Shown piece after piece: positions 1-5,221 of a stretch of DNA of 5,411 nucleotides (position 1 is the first letter of the stretch; every line of letters starts with the position of its first letter). Source of the DNA: Candidatus Iainarchaeum sp. (GTDB lineage: Archaea > Iainarchaeota > Iainarchaeia > Iainarchaeales > CSSED10-239). The translations under genes were made by a program, and so were the position numbers. The notes beneath the pieces are model-generated. The model did not search any database. It was not told where the DNA came from and saw nothing but the letters and a program-made list of their open reading frames with translations. The stretch lies in assembly GCA_028700115.1 (NCBI GenBank), contig JAQVTI010000027.1, positions 1 through 5,411 on the forward strand, written 5' to 3'.

Positions 1-1539
1 GCAGATAACTTAAATAAAGAAATAAAGGTTAATGGTTGGATAAATACCTTAAGGTTATTAGGAAAAATAGGATTTATTGAATTAAGAGATATTTCTGGTA
101 AAATTCAACTAGTTATAATTAATAAAGAATTAATTACAAAAATTAAAGACCTAACTCCTGAATCTTGTATATCTGCAAAGGGAACATTACAAAAAAAGCA
201 AGATGATGCAAATAAATTTGAATTGCTTGTAAACGATATCACCATTCATTCTATTGCAAAAGAAATGCCTTTTTCAAACACAAATATAAATAATATTAAT
301 CCATCTGAAGAAATAACACAAAAATATAGAGAAATATATCTTAGAACAGAAAAAGTACAAAATATATTTTTAGTTAGATCAAATATTACTAAAATAATTA
401 AAAATTATTTTTATAATTTGGGATTCTTAGATATTGAAACACCAATACTTGGTAAAAGTACACCAGAAGGTGCAAGAGATTATCTTGTTCCATCAAGAGT
501 AAATCCCGGCAAATTTTATGCACTACCACAAAGTCCGCAAATATATAAACAAATATTAATGGCATCAGGAATACATCGATATTTTCAGATTGCTAAATGC
601 TTTAGAGATGAAGATTTAAGAGCAGAAAGACAACCAGAATTTACACAAATAGATTTAGAAATGTCTTTTGTTAATGAAGAAGATGTAATGAATGTAACAG
701 AAAATCTTTTAAAAAGTATTTGGAAAGAAATAAAAGGTAAAGAATTAAATTATTCTTTCCCAAGAATAGAATATTCTGAAGCAATGTTCAAATATGGCTC
801 AGACAAACCCGATTTGAGATATGGTTTAGAATTTAAAAGAACAAACGACATAGTTTATTTTGAGACAGAAAACATTTTAGAAGTAGCAAATTATTTAAAA
901 GAACAAAACAAAGTAAAATATAAAGAAAATGGTCAAAAATTAACTGTATATATAGATAGACCAAAATCAGAACACAAATATACCCCGTATATAATTTTAG
1001 GAAATGCACGAACAGATATTGCTAAGATATTAAAATTAAATACAGGAGAAGATAAATTTCTGTGGGTAATTAATTTTCCTATGTTTGAATATTCAGAAAC
1101 CGAAAATAGGTTTATGTCTATGCATCATCCTTTTACTCAACCAATAAATATAGAGGCACCACTTGAAGAAATGAAAAGTAGGGCTTATGACATTGTATTA
1201 AATGGTGTTGAACTTGGTGGAGGAAGTATTAGGATTCACGATTATGAAATGCAACAAAAGATTTTCAAACTACTTAAATTAAGCGATAAAGAAATTGATT
1301 GTAATTTTGGTTTTTTTTTAGATATGTTTAAAAGAGGACTTCCACCACACGGTGGGCTTGCAATTGGTCTTGATAGATTGGTAATGTTAATAGTAAATAC
1401 AGAGTCTATTAGAGAAGTAATTGCTTTCCCAAAGACCAAAAATGCTGAAGGCTTATTAGAAAATTCACCATCAATTATTTCTGATAAAAATTTGTCGGAA
1501 TTAGGGTTGTCTTTAAAAAAGGATACAGAATTATATTAA
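1..1539 (+). CDS. aspS: Aspartyl-tRNA synthetase, bacterial type, class IIb. It is 5'-partial: the frame is open from base 1, and the ORF-track start at 223 is an internal TTG.
   Basis: Frame 1 has no stop from nt 1 and translates as ADNLNKEIKVNGWINTLRLLGKIGFIELRDISGKIQLVI..., which is the N-terminal OB-fold anticodon-binding domain (compare GWV..R.R..G...F..LRD..G..Q). Class II motifs are present. Motif 1 region: PQSPQIYKQILMASG. Motif 2: FRDEDLRAERQPEFTQIDLEMSF. Motif 3: GLAIGLDRLVMLI. The bacterial-type signatures YGSDKPDLR, WVINFPMFE, MHHPFT and GGGSIRIH are also present. The stop is TAA at 1537-1539. About 12-20 N-terminal residues should lie off the window. Confidence 0.95.
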   Translation, partial: ADNLNKEIKVNGWINTLRLLGKIGFIELRDISGKIQLVIINKELITKIKDLTPESCISAKGTLQKKQDDANKFELLVNDITIHSIAKEMPFSNTNINNINPSEEITQKYREIYLRTEKVQNIFLVRSNITKIIKNYFYNLGFLDIETPILGKSTPEGARDYLVPSRVNPGKFYALPQSPQIYKQILMASGIHRYFQIAKCFRDEDLRAERQPEFTQIDLEMSFVNEEDVMNVTENLLKSIWKEIKGKELNYSFPRIEYSEAMFKYGSDKPDLRYGLEFKRTNDIVYFETENILEVANYLKEQNKVKYKENGQKLTVYIDRPKSEHKYTPYIILGNARTDIAKILKLNTGEDKFLWVINFPMFEYSETENRFMSMHHPFTQPINIEAPLEEMKSRAYDIVLNGVELGGGSIRIHDYEMQQKIFKLLKLSDKEIDCNFGFFLDMFKRGLPPHGGLAIGLDRLVMLIVNTESIREVIAFPKTKNAEGLLENSPSIISDKNLSELGLSLKKDTELY

Positions 1540-1573
1540 TTAAATGATAATGCTAGTAATTAAAAAATGAAAT

Positions 1574-1579
1574 GGTGAT
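1574..1579 (+). promoter_or_regulatory. Candidate Shine-Dalgarno site (GGTGAT) for the ThrC-like gene
   Basis: GGTGAT at 1574-1579 is followed by a 5-nt spacer (TTAAT) and then TTG at 1585, the first start-type codon of the ORF. It is the only purine/G-rich element in the 45-nt gap after aspS. The next in-frame ATG (1624) has no comparable upstream element. Confidence 0.4.
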
Positions 1580-1584
1580 TTAAT

Positions 1585-2724
1585 TTGTTAGGTGATAAAG
1601 ATAATATTAAATATAAAAAAAGTATGTGGATTTATTTTGATTTAATTCCTTTATCTAATAAATTGAATATAGTTTCTTTAAATGAAGGAAATACCCCTAT
1701 TATAAGAGTTAAAGAGTTAGAAAAATATTTAAATAATTGTAAATTTTATGTTAAGAATGAGGGTTTAAATCCAACAGGCACATTTAAAGATAGAGAAGCA
1801 TCATATGTAATCTCAAAGGCAAAAGAACTTGGTTTAAAAAGAATTGTTTTTCATTCAACAGGAAATACAGGTCGAGCTTATATGTATTATGCAAATAAAG
1901 CTAAAATTGAAACATTTTTCTTTTTACCTTTAAGTTGTATTAATAAATGTGATAAATTTATATTAACTGAAAAAAATCACATTATAGCTATAGATGGTAA
2001 ATTCAGTCAAGTAAGTAAGATTGCTAAAGAATTTGCAAAAAAAAATAATATTGTTGCAGTTGCTTCTTTACAAGACAAATTAGAAGGGAAAGCAACAATA
2101 GCTTATGAACAAGTAAAGGAATTACCTTTTGCTACTATATTTGCTCAAACAATAGCAGGGGGATATGGTATTATTGGTTATGAATTAGGATTTAATAGAT
2201 TGAAATTAAAACATTTGTTGGCAAAAGATATAAAATTTCCTAAAATTTTTGCAATTCAATCTTCTAATGAAGATACAATTTCAAAAGCAATAAATAACGG
2301 GTTAAATTCTATTACAGAAGAGGATCTTTTAATTTCAGAAAAACCTTTCGAAAATACACTTCAAAGCACAAATCCATTAAAAACATATGAATTGGTTAAA
2401 GAATGTATTAATAAATCTAATGGGATTATTACTTCTGTTAATGCAAAGGAAGTTAAAGAATTTAAATATATTTTCGAAGACGCATTAACTAAAAATAACA
2501 TTATTTGTGATTATAATAACGAAAAAAGTCCTTATATTTGTTTTTCAGGATTAGTTAAATTAGCACGAGAAAAAAAAATATGTAAAACAGACATTATTTA
2601 TTTTATTTTAACAGGGGTTGGTCGAAAACATAATCAAACTCCAAAGCCAGAAGCAATACTTTTACCAACAGTTCTAGGGTATGATATAATTAATTGTTCA
2701 AATTATTTAAAAGATTATTTGTAA
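1585..2724 (+). CDS. Threonine synthase family (ThrC-like), fold-type II PLP-dependent enzyme. The substrate is not certain.
   Basis: The 379-aa ORF is collinear with ThrC as I remember it. EGNTPII matches EGNTPLI. NPTGTFKDRE matches NPTGSFKDRG, and its Lys68 (nt 1786-1788) would be the PLP Schiff-base lysine. HSTGNTGRA matches ASTGNTSAA. IIAIDGKF matches IIAIDGNFDD. LEGKATIAYE matches IEGQKTAAFE. TIAGGYG matches the GNAGN PLP-phosphate loop. ILTGVGRKH matches LTGNGLKD. The start is inferred as TTG 1585 with an upstream GGTGAT; ATG 1624 is the alternative. Confidence 0.8.
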   Translation: MLGDKDNIKYKKSMWIYFDLIPLSNKLNIVSLNEGNTPIIRVKELEKYLNNCKFYVKNEGLNPTGTFKDREASYVISKAKELGLKRIVFHSTGNTGRAYMYYANKAKIETFFFLPLSCINKCDKFILTEKNHIIAIDGKFSQVSKIAKEFAKKNNIVAVASLQDKLEGKATIAYEQVKELPFATIFAQTIAGGYGIIGYELGFNRLKLKHLLAKDIKFPKIFAIQSSNEDTISKAINNGLNSITEEDLLISEKPFENTLQSTNPLKTYELVKECINKSNGIITSVNAKEVKEFKYIFEDALTKNNIICDYNNEKSPYICFSGLVKLAREKKICKTDIIYFILTGVGRKHNQTPKPEAILLPTVLGYDIINCSNYLKDYL

Positions 2725-2736
2725 TTTTGAGATTTT

Positions 2737-3171
2737 ATGAAAATAATAATTGGTTCAGATAGAAGTGGTTTAGATTTAAAACATTTTATAATTAATTGTT
2801 TATTAATAAAAAATATTGTTGTTGAGGACATAAATTTTTTAGAATCTGATGATTATCCAGATGTTGCTAAGAGGGTTTGTGATTTAGTTTTAAAAGATTC
2901 TAATTGTAAAGGGATTTTAATTTGTGGAACAGGAATGGGTATGTGTATTGCCGCAAATAAAATAAAAAAAATAAGGGCTACATTATGTTCAAATGTTTAC
3001 TGTGCAGAAAAATCAAGAACCAGTAATAATGCAAATATTTTAACATTAGGTGCTTTAACAATTGGAAAGGAAGTTGCAAAAAGTATTGTGGAAGTGTGGA
3101 TTAAAAATTATGACGTGAATCCAAGATCAAAAATAAAATTAGATAAAATTAATGAATTAGAAAATTTATGA
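2737..3171 (+). CDS. RpiB/LacA/LacB-family sugar-phosphate isomerase (divergent)
   Basis: The 144-aa ORF has the typical family size and layout. MKIIIGSD.SG is at the N-terminus. DYPDVAKRV follows. GILICGTGMGMCIAANK contains the catalytic-type Cys63 (nt 2923-2925). IRATLC and SR..NNANILTLG complete the pattern. ATG 2737 lies 12 nt after the previous stop with a weak GAGA upstream. The TGA stop at 3169-3171 overlaps the next ATG. Confidence 0.85.
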   Translation: MKIIIGSDRSGLDLKHFIINCLLIKNIVVEDINFLESDDYPDVAKRVCDLVLKDSNCKGILICGTGMGMCIAANKIKKIRATLCSNVYCAEKSRTSNNANILTLGALTIGKEVAKSIVEVWIKNYDVNPRSKIKLDKINELENL

Positions 3172-3908
3172 AAAAAGTAATTGTAATTACGGGTGCAGCA
3201 AATGGAATTGGTAGGCAAATTGCCGTAGATTTAGATTCTAAACAAAATATTTTATGTTTGTGTGATAATGATAAAAGTATAATTGATTTAAAAAAAAAAA
3301 TAAATCACTCTGAATGTTTTGTATCTGTTGGAGATGTGTGTGATGAGATATTTGTACGTAGTTTTATTCAGAAAATAATTAAAAGATATCGTAAAATAGA
3401 TGTGTTGATCAATAATGCAGGCATTGTGCCTTATGCAGAAGTTAATTTAACTAATACTGATTTGTTTTTTAGTGTTTTAAAAATAAATTTAGGTGGTTAT
3501 TTCTTATTTTCTAAAGAAATATCCAATTTTATGAAAAAACAACATTTTGGTAATATTATTAATATAAGTTCTATTAGTTCAATACAAGGCATTTTTGGTC
3601 AATCAGCATATGCTTCAAGTAAAGGCGGAATTAATGCATTAACACGTGTATTAGCTAAAGAATTGGGACCTTATAATATAAGAGTAAATGCAATTGCTCC
3701 GGGTAGTATAATAGTTAATAGAAATAAAATAAAAATGTTATCAAAATGGAATAATAAAGAATTAATAAATAAGTCAATTCCTTTGGGGCGACTAGGTAAG
3801 CCAAAAGATATATCAGGGGTTGTTAAATTTTTGATATCTAAGTCATCTGGATATATCCATGGAACTGTGATTGTTGTTGATGGTGGAAAAACAATTGTTG
3901 GAAATTAA
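3168..3908 (+). CDS. Classical short-chain dehydrogenase/reductase (SDR), FabG-like oxidoreductase
   Basis: The cofactor-binding motif TGAANGIG (TGxxxGxG) is at residues 8-15. Asp33 at the end of beta2 (LCLCD) suggests a preference for NAD(H) over NADP(H). NNAG is at residues 82-85. The catalytic tetrad candidates are N107, S135, Y148 and K152 (YASSK). IAPGSI supplies the PG motif and VVDGG is at the C-terminus. The start ATG overlaps the upstream TGA (ATGA, 3168-3171). The stop is TAA at 3906-3908. Confidence 0.9.
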   Translation: MKKVIVITGAANGIGRQIAVDLDSKQNILCLCDNDKSIIDLKKKINHSECFVSVGDVCDEIFVRSFIQKIIKRYRKIDVLINNAGIVPYAEVNLTNTDLFFSVLKINLGGYFLFSKEISNFMKKQHFGNIINISSISSIQGIFGQSAYASSKGGINALTRVLAKELGPYNIRVNAIAPGSIIVNRNKIKMLSKWNNKELINKSIPLGRLGKPKDISGVVKFLISKSSGYIHGTVIVVDGGKTIVGN

Positions 3909-5121
3909 ATGTGGTTTGTTAGACTCAAAGAAATATACGATAGAAATTATTAGGAATATTAAGAATATTTTCAGAAGTAATTTTGATGTAACTAAATATA
4001 GTCTTTATTCTTGGGGCAGTGTGGCTCGTAGGGAAATGGGACCCTATTCTGATTTAGACTTAGTAATAATTGGTAGTAATCCAAAAATAAAAGAGGTACA
4101 AAGATTTATTAATTTAGTAAAAGAAAAATATCCCAATAACAATTTAGATTTATTAAATGCACACAGTGTTTTTAAATTTCATAAAATTGCAAAAATCGAT
4201 GGAACTGATAATCAAGCAAAGATATTTATAAAAAAAGAAATTGGCGTACAGAATTTTGTTAAGTCACATTTTTGTGATTTAGAAGAATTGTGGCATATTT
4301 ATTTAAATTTAGAATATGTATATCCTGTTTTATTTAAAAAAACTAATTTGAAATTTAGTCCTTATTTTATAAAATATTTTAATTTTGCAGTTTTAATTTC
4401 AAATTATCTTGGTTGCGATAAACAAGATTTACATAGCGTTTTAAAATTTTTAATAAAAAAAAAGCACATTAAAAAAAAGCATTTTAATCTTTTTTTAAAT
4501 ACGTATTCTGAATTATTGGGTCTAAGAAATAAATACCAAGAAATAAATTTATCCGGAAATTGTGAAATTAATTATAATTTAATTTCAAAAAAATTAAAAC
4601 AGAATAAAAAGACAATCAATAAAAAGTTAACTGACATTTCAAAAACGGCGGAAAAATTATATCTTCTTTTAAAAAATATTCTGTTTTTAGAAATAAAAAA
4701 AGAATTGTCTGATGAAGAATTATATTTTTTAAATTATATTCTTAATCACAGAAATAGTAATGATTCTGTAATTAGAAAAATAATATTTAATAATAATTAT
4801 TATCTCGTTTTATTGTTAACTTACGTCACGTTTAATCCTCTTGTTTTAGAAAATTTAAGAGGGCAAAATTTAAAAAATTGGTATATTTTATATGGAATTG
4901 CAAATAATCCATTTAGTAGTAAAATTACGTTATATAGATTAATGGTTCCAAAAATTAAAGAAAGAAAAATTGTTGGTAATTTTTATGTAAATTATGCTTG
5001 GAGGAACATTTATTTATATGTTGCAAAAAATAAAAATGCAGATTTAAAAATTAAACAACACATATTAAATTATAAAAATGCTCGCGAAATGGATATTATT
5101 GCTGCAAATAAAATAAAATAA
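3880..5121 (+). CDS. Pol-beta-superfamily nucleotidyltransferase domain protein. The N-terminal core is GlnD/GlnE/MNT-like. The long C-terminal helical region is of unknown function.
   Basis: The ORF is open from 3871 to 5121. The NTase signature WGSVARREMGPYSDLDLVIIG (nt about 4012-4074) fits hG[GS]x9-13Dx[DE]h. A candidate third carboxylate lies in NNNLDLLNAHSV (D at nt 4147-4149), which resembles the LWD....GHSVRT stretch that follows the GGYGR.EL...SD.DLL motif in GlnD. The remaining roughly 300 aa are K/N/L/I-rich, look helical, and contain no motif I recognise. The start is ambiguous among TTG 3871, ATG 3880, GTG 3883 and TTG 3895/3898 (the last preceded by GGTGGA at 3882-3887). All of these overlap the SDR 3' end. 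Confidence 0.7.
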   Translation: MVEKQLLEIKCGLLDSKKYTIEIIRNIKNIFRSNFDVTKYSLYSWGSVARREMGPYSDLDLVIIGSNPKIKEVQRFINLVKEKYPNNNLDLLNAHSVFKFHKIAKIDGTDNQAKIFIKKEIGVQNFVKSHFCDLEELWHIYLNLEYVYPVLFKKTNLKFSPYFIKYFNFAVLISNYLGCDKQDLHSVLKFLIKKKHIKKKHFNLFLNTYSELLGLRNKYQEINLSGNCEINYNLISKKLKQNKKTINKKLTDISKTAEKLYLLLKNILFLEIKKELSDEELYFLNYILNHRNSNDSVIRKIIFNNNYYLVLLLTYVTFNPLVLENLRGQNLKNWYILYGIANNPFSSKITLYRLMVPKIKERKIVGNFYVNYAWRNIYLYVAKNKNADLKIKQHILNYKNAREMDIIAANKIK

Positions 5122-5183
5122 TTAGAAATTCTATAATATTTATAAAATAGGGTTTATAATTATATTTAAATATTAGTAATTGT

Positions 5184-5210
5184 GCGCTTTTAACTTTTGG
5201 GTAAGAGCGC
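5184..5210. terminator. GC-rich stem-loop between convergent genes. It is a candidate bidirectional intrinsic terminator.
   Basis: GCGCTTTTA (5184-5192) pairs with TAAGAGCGC (5202-5210), giving a 9-bp stem with one G-U pair and a 9-nt loop (ACTTTTGGG). On the + strand, T-rich sequence (GAGCTTTTAATTTCTGTTTTCTTTTTT) begins about 7 nt downstream rather than directly after the stem. On the - strand the trailing sequence is A/T-mixed. This is therefore not a textbook terminator on either strand. Confidence 0.35.
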
Positions 5211-5221
5211 GTCTGGAGCTT

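Noticed and set aside
1242-1439. A 65-aa minus-strand ORF from the supplied track
   Set aside because: It lies entirely antisense to the most conserved part of aspS (the GGGSIRIH to motif 3 region). Its translation is low-complexity with no recognisable motif and no SD or start context. It is a typical shadow ORF of a strongly supported gene.
1540-1584. Promoter-like -10 boxes (GATAAT 1546-1551, TAGTAAT 1554-1560) between aspS and the ThrC-like gene
   Set aside because: No convincing -35 element lies at the proper spacing, and TATAAT-like hexamers are ubiquitous at this composition. I cannot distinguish an internal promoter from read-through from aspS, and there is no terminator after aspS.
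1567-1587. An in-frame ATG (1567) upstream of the ThrC-like ORF, separated from it only by a TGA (ATG AAA TGG TGA TTT AAT TTG). This raised the possibility of TGA recoding (genetic code 4 or 25). The RpiB-like TGA stop is also followed by TAA three codons later.
   Set aside because: About 1,700 codons of confidently coding sequence contain no in-frame TGA, and every Trp is TGG. That would be very unlikely in an AT-rich genome that reads TGA as Trp or Gly. The same bases (GGTGAT) are better explained as the Shine-Dalgarno site for TTG 1585. Genome-wide codon statistics would settle the question.
4455-4482. An imperfect direct repeat, AAAAAAAAGCAC-ATT-AAAAAAAAGCAT, encoding KKKHIKKKHF
   Set aside because: It is a single short duplication within a low-complexity, Lys-rich coding region. 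It is most simply slippage-derived compositional noise, not a functional repeat or binding-site array.
3871-5121. The NTase as part of a defence or toxin-antitoxin module (CBASS CD-NTase, or MNT-HEPN)
   Set aside because: No effector, HEPN (Rx4-6H) motif or small partner ORF is adjacent. The neighbours are metabolic enzymes in the same operon. At more than 400 aa the protein is far larger than minimal MNTs. The GS...DxD motif alone is shared by the whole Pol-beta superfamily.
5162-5173. A perfect 12-bp palindrome, ATATTTAAATAT, in the intergenic spacer (possible operator)
   Set aside because: It is composed only of A and T in DNA that is about 75% A+T, so such palindromes are expected by chance. 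It has no second copy or flanking promoter/gene arrangement that would give it meaning.
5182-5220. The GC-rich segment resembling part of a tRNA (GGGTAAGAGCGC looks like a D-arm)
   Set aside because: No cloverleaf can be built. The only good pairing is a 9-bp stem with a 9-nt loop. There is no acceptor-stem complement, no 5-bp/7-nt anticodon arm, and no GTTC-type T-loop on either strand.
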